DNA of 63,615 bases, filler included, from Octopus bimaculoides (lineage: Eukaryota): NCBI RefSeq assembly GCF_001194135.2. It is 4 parts of 4 records of this genome, joined end to end, with 100 filler letters (N's around TTAATTAATTAA, not from the genome) between each part and the next. Parts side by side here need not be neighbours in the genome. Positions count along the whole stretch, not along the records: positions 1 to 31,414 come from NC_068988.1; 3 more parts are not named here. One strand, written 5' to 3'. The notes beneath the pieces were generated by a model. It did not search any database. It was given only the letters and a program-made list of their open reading frames with translations, and had not been told where the DNA came from. Positions 11,893 to 23,489 of the stretch are shown piece after piece. The position numbers and the translations under genes were made by a program. Each line of letters begins with the position of its first letter. Positions within the stretch are counted from its first letter, which is position 1.

Positions 11893-13198
11893 TATATATA
11901 TATATTTTGCATTTTGTTTCTTCTGAGCAAATTTATAAACCTTTGTAGTAGCAATATTTATCAATTGCAAGAGCACTTTAGAAATCAAACTCAGATCACT
12001 ATATCTGAGGGAGAGAGAGGAGTCGGTTGGTTGTGATTCACTCAAATATTACTGATGTTATCAAAAATATGACCATTCAAAACTTCTTGTGGAACCAGAT
12101 GAAATAACAATTTAATCTTCGAAAGACATCACTATATATTTAGTGCATTTTAGCCACTTGCCAATGAAAGCCAGCAGCTGAGAGCACTGCCACAACACCA
12201 AGACAATGGACAACAACAACACTCTAACCAACTAACTCTAAGAAACACAACAGTGATTATCTCGTTTAAATTTTGAACTGTCTTGTGTAAACATACTTTC
12301 CTTGTCGTTCATATTAACATTTGTTTATTAGAGCGGAGAATAAGTATTTCTGCATAAAAAGCTTCAGCAGAATTTATCTTTTCAATACTGAATCGTTATA
12401 TCACTCGTACACATGCAGAAGCATCTTATCATAACACTTTTTTTAGCCCTTGTTCAAAACTGTATGAGCAAATCTATGATCAAAGTTTTCAAGTCATAGC
12501 TATCTCATTGATTTAGAAATATTTTTTAGCGCTACAGATCGTCATTGATGACTACGTAGATTCGGAGCCAATCTAAGATATGGTTTTGTGTGTTGCATGT
12601 GTTTCTATATGGTTTCCTGTTTAATGTGCTGAATTTAGAAGGGTTAAAAAGAAAAGGTTTCTAGAAATAGCATCTAAATCAATTCCAGTTGTCAGCCTAC
12701 TTTTTTAGTGAAGGAAAGGAGACATTTGTTGCCTTAGATATATTTTTAAAATGATATGATCATGACTGGAAAGTATTTGATCATTGATAAATTTGCTCAG
12801 AGGAGACAAGTGCTAAAAATTTTCCAGGAGTAACAATTGAGGAATTACTTAAATTTGTTATTACCCTTTCATGTGTGTTGTTTTAGAGATTTAACAATTA
12901 CAGTAAGTACTTCTGTTTCATGCATGTTGTTGTCGAGATGAAGAATTACTCCATGGACCAGCCTCACGCTGGACAATCTTTCTGTGGACCAATAGTGGCA
13001 TATATGTGTAATTTAAGTACATTTTGATAAAGAGAGCAATAATAAAAAGAGCAATTTGTTAAAGGAAAGAAAACGTATGTAATCTTTTGACTGTCATATC
13101 TGAGCTCCAGCCTGACCACACACTTGCAAGCTTAGGTTCCCTGAATGAATACCTATTACACTATTATCACATTAATATCAACTCACCATAATGTAGAA

Positions 13199-14972
13199 TC
13201 AGTAGGAACCCTGAACTTGTTGCTTTCATCACTCCCACTTGGGAGTGATGGGAGACAATGGCACTCGAAGTGTGTTCCTTATATCTAGTCTACTTCATAA
13301 TTTTGTTTTGGTTAGTGTCACTGCAGAAAACCCCGCTTCACAAAGATATGGTGTTGGAAAAAGAAGCATAGCTTTCAGGGCTTTTGTGGTGATGTCAGGA
13401 TATTCTATTTTGACTTTAATCCAAAATACAAGAAGGTTTGAAGTTATCTCAAATATACTTTTAAGACCACCCTCATCTGCAGTGTCAAGCAGCCGATCTT
13501 CTTCTGTCAGGGTTAAAGTTGATTCACCTGGCTTGTTCTCAAATGGATTGCAGAGCCATTCCTTCCTCGTCCGAGGGTCTTTCGTGGTTGGAAAGTAATT
13601 CTCAAACTCTTTTGAAAGCTGGGACAGATGATCATGCACCAGCTCAGTAAATGAAGGCCCAGGTTCAGTCTTCCATAATCCCTGCCAACAGTGTAAAACA
13701 TGTCAATAATTCCAGTTTGGCTTTGAATGCAGCAGTCTTATTAGCTGACTTGAAAACTTTGGTCATTTTCCTCTGAAATGAGAGATTTAGTTTGTTGAGC
13801 AGGTAAGCAAGTATTGCAATCCATTCAGTGTCACTGAAATGTGCTGCCAGTGAGGTTTGCTTTTCTAAAAGAAATCTCTGAAGTGGCTCTCATAACTCAA
13901 AAACTGTAGCTAACAATCTGCCTTTAGAAAGACATCTCACTTCTGTGTACATGAGAAGACTTCTATTTTCTACATCCATCATCTCACAAAGCTGCCCAAG
14001 TGAACACAAGTTAAGAGCATGTACTTTAATGTAGTTTATAACTTTAATCACATTTTGCCAAACACTATTAAGCTCACATTGCCAGCATTTCTCTATGAAT
14101 GACACAGTGCATAGACTCATTCAGAAGCAACTTCCTTGTTGTAAAACCAGAAAGCCATCCAGTCTTTGCAGCCACTCTATCTGTGCATACATCGACACAA
14201 AATTACCAATGAAGTCTTCCTGATATGTAATCGTTCACGGATTTGAATAGTTCTGCAGCTGTGGTGTCAGTTGGCAAAAACAATACACATTACAAATCCT
14301 TGTGCACATCTTCCTGAAAAATATATCACACAAAAACAAGCAATATTTCCTTGTCAACACTAGTAGATTCATCTACCTGAATTGTGTACCACGGCAACTT
14401 ACTAATCCTCTCTAACAACTGTTCCTTGACATCCTCTGCAACTTCATTAATTTGCCTTGTTATGGGTGCTTGTCGAAAGAGGAACGTTTGCAACCTTTTT
14501 AGCTGCTTCCTCTCTGAAAAGTTCACTGCAAATGTCCTTAGTAGCAGGCAAAATTAACTCTTCATCAATAGTGAAGTTTTTTGGCTTTAGCAATTCAGTC
14601 AGCTACTAAGAATGATGCTTTCAGTGCAGACACATTTGTTGAAGTGGTGGTTTTTAATAATTGCTTCTGTCCTTCATGTTCACATATTTGCTTTCAAAAA
14701 ATTCCAGGGGCTTGTCTTTTAATGTAGAGTGCTTGCTCTCCTTGTGATGAAATAATTTTGAGGGTTTCGTGGCTTCATTAGCTAGTTGGTTACCACATAT
14801 TATACAGAATAGTTGTGGAGCATGTGAATCACCTGTTGTGATAAACTCGTATTTTATGTAGGACACTTGGTATTTTCTTTTTGTTTGCACTCTGCGACCC
14901 TTCTAGTGTCTCATTGATGGGTCTTTCTCCCTTTTCAAAGTAATTATTCAATGACATTTGCTTTTGGATCAT
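13199..14972 (-). pseudogene. Frameshifted hAT transposase (ZBED5/SCAND3/Charlie-like, BED finger plus DDE)
   Basis: KRKYQVSYIKYEF...CIICGNQLANEATKPSKL..H..SKH (BED finger), IQVDESTSV, YTEVRCLSKG and LLFPTPYLCEAGFS. ATG at 14972; stop ...QGSY* at 13199-13201. Confidence 0.9.
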
Positions 14973-15924
14973 TGTACTGAAATTCTTTAAAATCTGAAAA
15001 TTAATTACGATTAGAAAATTAGTTGAAAATTATTACTAATAGATAAAAATATATATTAATTGTAAAATGTACTTATAGTTATGATAAATAGTAAGGGTAG
15101 ATGTAAAATATACATCTATATACTACTAAAACTCTCTGATTGCTTGCTTGTCTGTCATTTAATACAGCCAAACTGGTGCATAATGAGAAAATACTCTGAA
15201 AGTAAAGTACCCCTGAAATGTGATTACAAATGGAATAAAACAAGTTTCATGTAAATCGGACTACAGGTTCCCAAGATACGCGTTTTGGGTGCGGGGTTGT
15301 TTCCACAAATTTAAGCAGTAAAACCTGGAGTTATTGCCCTTTACTGTACATACGGGATAGTTTTTTTGTTGGCATAACTACAGATGTGTACCCCACCAAA
15401 TTATTGTCTCATAACTTCCAGAAAAATGGATACTTTTTAGCAAAACTTTCAACAAATACTGCTTAGATGCTGAGGATTCAGACTATATAGGGATTTATGG
15501 GAAAGAATTTTTTTGAGGGGATAGGAAAATTCACATGATCTGACTTCTTCTCTGCATAACTTTCAGGAAAATGGATATCTCTTAATGAAATTTGATACAA
15601 AATACTTTCCAAACAGCTTCGATTACGATTATAAAAAAATTTGTGGGGGAAAATTTTTGAAATTCTTCAACATCCACTCTGGACTGATTTTGGTTAATTT
15701 TTTAAAACTTAAATACCATGAGAGGAGCTTTTTTGGTAACAAAAAAAAAAGAAAATTGTAAATATTTTCAGAGGAAAAGATGTACGATTCAAGAGAGATT
15801 TGGCTGTTGCTTCTAGCACATCACAAATCACTCTCTGTTTTCATTCTCACATGTATTGATGCTTTCTCAATATTTTTATTCCGTTAAACACATTTTATGG
15901 AAATCGAACTAAATTCGAGAACTG

Positions 15925-16361
15925 GCACCCATGCCAACGTCATCTCCTTCATTGGACATGAAACTCGGCTTGCGAAGACCTGTTGGGGCAAGCAAAAGCG
16001 AAATCGTGATGGCACCTGTGCCCAGCGTCGCCTTCCTGGAACTTGTGCCAGTGGCACGTGTAAAGACATTCGAGCGAGATCGTTGCCAGTGCCGCTGGAC
16101 TGGCTCCTGTGCAGGTGTGACATAAAATACACCATTTTGAGCGTGGCCGTTGCCAGTACTGCCTGACTGGCCTTCATGTCGGGGGCATATAAAAGCACCC
16201 ATTACACTCTCGGAGTGGTTGGCATTAGGAAGGGCATCCAGCTGTAGAAACTCTGCCAAATCAGATTGGAGCCTGGTGTAGCCATCTGGTTCACCAGTCC
16301 TCAGTCAAATCGTCCAACCCATGCTAGCATGGAAAGCGGACTTTAAATGATGATGATGATG
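15925..16361 (+). mobile_element. RTE LINE 3' UTR fragment with (GAT)n tail
   Basis: Same tail and repeat units as 395-484 and 565-960. Confidence 0.8.
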
Positions 16362-16758
16362 TAACATTGATGGAATATAAGCAACAGGAAAAAAAAAATT
16401 GTAATTTTAATTTTCACCCCGACCTAAATCAAGCGAAGTCATGTATGCGTGTAAGAAAAGACATTTTCTAACAGAAAAGTATACTATTAAAATGAATTAT
16501 TGTTTACATACCACTATGGATAAATGCCAGCAATGACCTTCTCAGGTGCTCCAATATTTTAATTTATAAACAGAAACAAGCGGGGGCAGGGGGTGCAGTT
16601 GCAAAAAGTCGTCATTTTTCAAATTTTTTTTTTTTTTCATAGCATATAAATGTATTTATGGGGAGAAAAATATTGAGAAACATCAATACATTCAAGAGTG
16701 AAAAAGAAACAAGGAGGGTTGTCATTGGATGTGCTAGAAACAACTGCCAAATCTTTAA

Positions 16759-16979
16759 CCCTTTAGTGTTCACATTATTCTGCCAAAATTAATGCTTTTT
16801 TATCCACATTGTTTTGAACTAATCATGCATTATCTTGTAGCTATGAGATTTTAATGAGGTAGCTGTTGATTTTCAAAACGATATTGTAGGGTTGGTGTGA
16901 GAGACAAGATCTGGCCAGTTTGAACATAGAATAGGCAGAATACTTTTGGCCGGATATGGCCGGTTTAAATACTAAAGGG
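16759..16979. mobile_element. piggyBac-type MITE
   Basis: TTAA at 16755-16758 and 16980-16983 flanks TIRs CCCTTTAGTGTT / AATACTAAAGGG. Confidence 0.75.
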
Positions 16980-18144
16980 TTAAATCTGATTTTTTCCTCT
17001 GAAAATATTAACAATTCTTTAAATATATATTTTTTTTTTACTGAAAAGGCTTCTCCCATGGTTTTGATGTGCAAGAAAAATTAGCCAAAATCAGTCTGGA
17101 GTGGGATGATGAGAGGGGAGGGGGTTGTACAAAAAAATTTTTTTAACTTTTTTTTTTTTCATAAAAAGATGTTCCCCACCCATAACATTTCCAAAGCTGT
17201 AGTTATTCCAGTTTTGTTTGTGTGCATGCTTCTTTGTAATTTGATACAGTGAAACCGGCGCATAAAGGAAAAATACTCTGAGAGTAAGGTACGCCTGGAA
17301 TGTGAATACAAATGGAATAAAACAAGTTTTGCATAAATTAGACCACGGATTCCCAAGATAGGTGGTTTTTTGGGTACCTTTATAAATAGCCAAAATGGTG
17401 CATAATGAGAAAATACTCCGAAAGTAACTTAACCCTGAAAAGCGAAAATTGTTTCCATTAATTTTATGTTTATGTTATATAACAATTCCTTTTGAATTTT
17501 TGTAGAAGTGTGCGCATATACCATAAATAAATGCTGTTACTGGAGTTCAAGTTAATCCCGGAAGTTCTATTTATATTAGATGCTGTAAATAATCAGTAGA
17601 ACCTTAAATATGAACTTGTAAACCAGACCTATGATGACATGAACGAATTGAAATATTTAACTGAATCATCATAAAATTAACTTTCATTTCAATGCAATGT
17701 TGGATTCAGCTTCAATGTTTTATAACCTGAACCGTCAGTGACCCAACGGGTCACGGGTAGTCTAGTTAATTATAAAATGTACTTACAGTTATGATAGATA
17801 GTATTGAGTAGATGAATAGTGAATATTTAAACAGATCTTTTTAAATTAAAGACCAATATTCAATTTATCTATTATATAATTTTAAACAAGTTAATTATTT
17901 TTTGCAGCCAGGTTGCAAATGATCCACAGACTGGTACTGGTCTGCAGCCTGGTGGTTGGGGACCCCTAATGTAGAGAATATTTTGTCCAAGATGTGGTCT
18001 CAGCATTGTTGTTTTTTAGCTAGGTCAGCTATGATTAAATAGACTTATGATCAAAGGCACTACAGTTATCAACTGCCTGTTTAATACATTTATGTAATAT
18101 GTCCTACCTTTCTTAAAGAGGGTAGAGTATAATATAAGAGAAAT

Positions 18145-18590
18145 TTGACTGTCATCTGGTGGTCAATGCAGAAACTAAGGATAGATGAGTGGTTGGTGAA
18201 AGCTATACAAGCCATGTACAGGAATGCTACCAGTAAGGTGAGGGTTGGCAGTGACTACAGCGAAGAATTTAGGGTACGAGTAGGGGTTCACCACGGATCA
18301 ATGTTCAGCCCCCACTTGTTCATTACCAAGACCTTTGGCATTATGTCATGCTTGAAAAGAAGACCCATCACACCAAGCAAAATTGCAGTCACGTCATGCA
18401 AATTGCACCCGTGCCAGTGGCACACAAAAGCACCCATTACACTCTCAGAGTTGTTGGTGTTAGGAAGGGTATCCAGCCATAGAAAACCATGCCAAATTAG
18501 GCTGGAGTCTGGTGCAGCCTTCCAGTTTACAAGCCCTGGTGAAACCATCCAACCCATGCCGGCATGTACAACAGACGTTAAATGATGATC
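18145..18590 (+). mobile_element. Internally deleted RTE derivative (RT fragment fused to 3' tail)
   Basis: IWWSMQKLRIDEWLVK...GVHHGSMFSPHLF joins directly to the 3' UTR, which ends in acagacgttaaatgatgat. Confidence 0.8.
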
Positions 18591-18813
18591 CTGATTTAGC
18601 AAGTTGAGTGACCACTGTATGTAAGAATGGTGGGGAATATAGATGCTTCATTTGGTTGGAAGATGTGGTTGTTGTGTAGAATCTTTTCTAGTTTTTCATA
18701 TATACACTTTGTGTTAGTTGTATAGTATTGTAATTTTTTAGATCACAAAGTCAGTGAATGTTCAATGATTAAATGATTGCAATATTTTATAGTAAACTAT
18801 TTTTTGTTTACAG

Positions 18814-18875
18814 TTATTACTACTGAAAAGACTAATATTCTGCTGAGGTACTTACACCAACATTGGGACAAAAAG
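18814..18875 (+). CDS. DDA1: DDA1 internal coding exon (62 bp), (V)[20 protein letters not shown]
   Basis: Acceptor ttttttgtttacag and donor AAG|gtaat. Nearly identical to the conserved DDA1 motif [20 protein letters not shown]. Starts in phase 1 and ends in phase 0. Confidence 0.96.
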
Positions 18876-19599
18876 GTAATTTATCTGGTAACTTTGTTAA
18901 ACAACTTTCTTTGACTGATTCACTGGAATGGTACTTCACTCACTCAATCTTTTTAATATTTCAACAATTAAAATAATTTTTACCTGCAAGGAGCAGTTAA
19001 AGCAAGACTTAGGAAAACTTAAGACTACCCATTATACATGTGGTATAAATATATATGGCAGCTCAGTGTTCAGTTGAGGAATTGAATAATATTCAAGAAT
19101 GTTCTTTGTTTTGTGTGTCATTTTGTTTCACTATGAAATAAAATTCATTAACTGCTTTGATAGTTTTGGAAATGACAAAATTCCAGGTTCAAATTAGTAG
19201 TTGACCTGACTGAGAAGGTCAGGTATATTCACAGATATTGGATTAATGATGAGAAAATGGATGAAAATTAAAAATTAATTTTTATTTGGATATACTATGT
19301 AGTATACATAATGACTGATAATGTTATTTGCTGTGCTTTTATTAGAATAATGAAATTTTAAAAATTCATAACTATATGTGGTTCAGTGAATAAGAAGTTA
19401 ACAAGAATGAGGCTAGATGTCTATTTGAACAACTAAATACAGTTTCAATGGTGACTTGGTTTGAATGGTTTCAGTTGTAACATTTAAAGTTATGGCAGAA
19501 GATATCTTGTAAACATTTTGACAATTGGCATAAAAGGAAACAAAAATGCAGTATTCCTCCCAAAGATAAAAGTATTTTTAAAAAATCAAAAAATTATTA

Positions 19600-20560
19600 T
19601 CTAGATTATGCCTGTTAGATAATAGCTCCTACCATGGCCTCAAGAAGGCTCTGGAACTTGGTACATGCATTCCTCACTATTTCCTTGGGAAAATCTTTTG
19701 AACACCTTCATTTTGGCCACCAGCTTGGCCTTTGTGTTGCAGGGAGAGTAGTTGGTGTCTTTCTCAACCACACCCCTCACACAGTAATCCATGGGACTAC
19801 CATCAGGGGAATAAGGGAGCCAGAAATTGGGACTGGTGAAGTTGTAAAAATTCTGACAACCCCCTCTGATTTTTTCTGGCACTATGGCAAGGAGCCAAAT
19901 CCTGATATCACACATATGGCCTTCCAGCAGCTATCCTCTCCAGTTAGGGATTGACCACAGTCTCCACCAGTTTCACATAGCTGTCTGAATTGAGTCTGAG
20001 GCTCTGTTCAAAGATGTGGAGATGAATTCCTGCATGCAGATGCAGTTAGAATGACCTTGGCTTCATAGTCACTGTTGTAGTAGTCCATGTCACGTCCTAC
20101 AGCTCTTTAAGTGTTCATGGTGCCAACATTTTGATACCCAGCATGTCTTGTGATATGGGTAACTGTTTATAATATTCTGATGGCTTCCAGTTCTCCATTT
20201 AACTTTTTTTCTCAACTAATCTTAATTATGCTCTTGAATGTTGTTGACTCTTCACCAATACATTCAGCTGTTCTTGATTAAAGGAAACAAAAAATTGTCA
20301 AATTTAGACTGAATACCTTGTATGTTTTCAGTAATTTACCTAAGATGAGTTCTCTCTTTTTCAAATTTTTAACTAGTTGTTTTTATCATCACTGGGCTAC
20401 TGATTTCATGGTCATTGCTGTGCCTCTGCTCCTCCTTTACAGTTGAATGTTTAGCAACAGAAACCATCTCAGCTCTGTAAACAAGAAAAAATTTGATGAA
20501 AAATTTTCTACAAAAACCCTTAAATTCTCAGTTGAACTCTTTTGTTGCTAACCTTTGGTT
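19600..20560 (-). mobile_element. Degenerate Tc1/mariner-superfamily transposon (DD37D/maT-like)
   Basis: Minus-strand remnants HIFEQSLRLNSD.YVKL, GRPYV..QD and WLPYSPDGSPMDYCVRGVVEKDTN. The TIRs are not resolved. Confidence 0.75.
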
Positions 20561-20601
20561 ATATCGTACATCAAACTTTTACTTGAAATATATTTGAATT
20601 A

Positions 20602-20754
20602 GCACTGGCATGGCTGTATGGTAAAAGAGTGTGCTTCCCAACCACATGCTTCTGGATTCAGTCCCACTATGGCACCTTGGGCATGTGCTTTCTACTAGCC
20701 TCAGGCTGACCAAAGCCTTGTGAGTGGATTTGGTAGACAGAAACNNNNNNNNNN

Positions 20755-20798
<44 letters not shown>

Positions 20799-20997
20799 CT
20801 TTGTCCTTTACCATTGCTTGACAATTGTTGTTGGTATATCTCTGTAACATAGTGGTTTGGCAAAAGAGACTTGTAGAGTAAGTACCAGGCTTAAAAAAAT
20901 ATAAGTACTGGGGTCAATTTGTTCAACTAAAATTTTTTAAGGCAGTGCCTCATCATGGCTGCAGTCTGATGACTGAAGCAAGTAAAAGATAAAAGTA
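20602..20997 (+). mobile_element. tRNA-derived SINE (family B), CpG-decayed copy
   Basis: A/B-box head, then caccttgggcatgtg...aaagccttgtgagtggatttggtagac, an internal TA/TG microsatellite and tail gactgaagcaagtaaaagataaaag. Confidence 0.8.
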
Positions 20998-21363
20998 TGT
21001 AATATTAAATTGTTCCATACCAATTTTCATAAATTCATAGTTTAACCCCCAAACAGAAAATTATACAATATCATATTGACTTCACATAATTTTTTTCATA
21101 AGCCCAAATTACTGCATTATTACTATTTGTCTTTACTTTTTCACCAATACTGTTTATTTTTATTATTAAATTATAACTGATTATAAAATAAAAATTAATC
21201 TTTGAGATAGTGAGTGCATTATTTTATTAAATTCTTCCAAATTTTGATTATTTTCCAAATTAAATTAAGCATAATGTATTTCATTAGAAATATTGTAAAG
21301 AGTTATATTTATATTAACAGTATTATTTATTTGTTTGTTTTTTATCTTCTTTTTTTTTTTCAG

Positions 21364-21471
21364 AATTCTAATAAAAAACGAGATTCTTCAAAAGCCAATT
21401 TAGAATCTCCTGAAAGCAGTACATCTCAGAAGGTTCCCAGATTAAACAGTTGTGAAGAAAGTAGCTCTTAG
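21364..21471 (+). CDS. DDA1: DDA1 terminal coding exon, NSNKKRDSSKANLESPESSTSQKVPRLNSCEESSS*
   Basis: Long T tract plus CAG acceptor at 21361-21363, phase 0. NSNKKRD...KVPR parallels human NAAKKRD...KVAR. TAG stop ends at 21471. Confidence 0.87.
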   Translation, partial: NSNKKRDSSKANLESPESSTSQKVPRLNSCEESSS

Positions 21472-21483
21472 GGTGTGGCTGGC

Positions 21484-21551
<68 letters not shown>

Positions 21552-21963
21552 TGTATGTATAATGCCTGGTCTGGTCTCATTGTGATGGAACAGCTCAGTT
21601 TTTCTGTCTCTTCCCCAGCTGGTAGAGGGGGTAGTAAATGGAAATGGAGTGCTTATGTTGTCAGTTCTCATTCTCCAAACACCACCCATGTAGGAAGTTT
21701 TTGGTGATACCCTATTCAATTTTATCGCCCCATTTCTACCCAACTAACATTAAGGCAATCTCTGATCAGATAGTTTCTTTCTTAACTTTTTCTACTTCTT
21801 TTTCTTTGCCAGTTCCTTTCTTTTATATCAAAGGAACATTTTGGGTGAAGACAGATGGCTAGGTCTAAGTTACTGAGCTGTTCTAAGTGTCACTGTCATT
21901 TTCTTCTTTCTTTCAGTCACACATTTTCTTGCCCCTTACCGCCGCCTTCTGACACTTAACACA

Positions 21964-22010
<47 letters not shown>

Positions 22011-22117
22011 TGTGTGTGTATATATATTCCTTGGTAAATGACAGTGACATTGAGGTACTCACTTCACAGTACCCATCCTAAGCTGCTCAGATAATCATGA
22101 AATGTGAGAAGAGATGA

Positions 22118-22123
22118 AATAAA
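22118..22123 (+). promoter_or_regulatory. Candidate polyadenylation signal of DDA1
   Basis: AATAAA about 650 bp after the stop, followed by U/GU-rich sequence. The hexamer is common in AT-rich DNA, so support is weak. Confidence 0.3.
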
Positions 22124-22639
22124 ATTAATTAATTAAAATAATAATCTATAAATCTGTTTATTTTTTTACATTTATTTTTCTATGTTTCATCTTTTGTGTT
22201 GGGAACACATACATACATTTACATACACACAGACATGCATTCACAGTTACACACATGTATATATAATCTCGTAGGTTACAGGTATTTACAGAAGCAAAAT
22301 CTGTACTCAGAAATGTAAAATATATGTAAAGATAGAGTCAGCTAGTGATAATACATCTTGATTTGAAGCTTCATTCTCAGTGGGTGTGTGTTTACTGTTT
22401 TGATGTCTTCTAAAATTACAATCTGCAAGCAATCATTTCTATCAGCAAATCCACAGCTTGCTTTGGAATGTGGAATTAGAGGTCCCTTATCAATTTCAGT
22501 TCAGATTTAGTGACAGGAAGAGACCTACCCATAAAACAATACCTGTGTAATATTTTGTTTAATCTATGCTAGCATGGAAAAAAAAAACTGTAAAAATGAA
22601 TGAATGACAAGAATAGCGGTGTGTGTGTATGTATATATT

Positions 22640-22950
22640 TGTAGGTATAGGCAATATTGTGTGGTTAAGAAGCTTATCTTTGCAACCACCTGGTTCTGGG
22701 TTCAGTTCCAGCATGAGGCACTTTCTATAGTCCTGGGCCAACCAATACCTTGTAAGACAAATCTGGTAGCTGGAAACTATAGAAGCCCATTTGTGTGTGT
22801 GTGTGTTTGTATTTGTCTCCCACTTTACAACCAGTTTTAGTTTGTTTACATCCCCCATAACTTAAAAATAAGTATTGAACTCAATGACTAAACCCTTCAA
22901 GGTGGTGCCCCAGCATTACTGAAAGTCAATGACTGAAATAAGTAAACGAT
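22640..22950 (+). mobile_element. SINE family B, degenerate copy
   Basis: Same head, body and tail motifs as 20602 and 46440. Confidence 0.65.
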
Positions 22951-23489
22951 AGATGTTACACACATTAATGTGTGTATGTATTTATGTTTATGTATATTTA
23001 TACTTGCATATTTATGTGGATGTGTAATACACATGTATACTTAAATATGTGTGTGTAATATATATATGTACACTCACACACACACACACACATATGCAGT
23101 TGTATATATCTGCATAGAAATTTGGACATCCTCAGGCTGACCAAAAATTGCAAGTGGATTTGGTAGAGAGAAACTAGAAACCTGTAGTTTACACTAACAT
23201 TCATTCACATCCACATATATGTACACAGACGCAATGCTCACACATGCATATAAATATGCACACACGTACACGCATATCTATACCTACCCATGTTTTTAAT
23301 TTCATATTTCCTTTTCATTTGAATCTCTTGCAATTTTTATTTTGTGACATAAGTCAACCATTTTGTCTGTTTGTCAGATGTGGTTGTCCATTGGATACTT
23401 TTTCTTCATTTTTCCACATCATTTCTTTGATTTCTGTCATTCACATGAGGACAAACCTGCTCTCCAATTTCCTATTATTTCCTTTAATA

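Larger units (their letters stand above)
15115..17765 (+). mobile_element. Non-autonomous Helitron (2.65 kb) with nested insertions
   Basis: 5' A|TCTATATACTACTAAAA; 3' hairpin GTGACCC-AAC-GGGTCAC at 17738-17754 followed by gggtagtCTAG|T. An internal ~120-bp direct repeat lies at 15167-15290 and 17250-17440. Confidence 0.85.
12955..17968 (-). mobile_element. hAT (Charlie/Buster) DNA transposon, interrupted by a Helitron
   Basis: 5' TIR (T)AGGGGTCCCCAACC ends at 17968, next to CTCTACAT (nTCTAGAn-type target). Subterminal 3' remnant ggacc...gacaatctttctgtggacc at about 12955-12990; the outer 3' TIR is not visible. Confidence 0.8.

Noticed and set aside
12447-12643. Second piggyBac-like MITE (TTAG-CCCTT...AAGGG-TTAA)
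   Set aside because: The TIR match is only about 5 bp and one TSD is imperfect.
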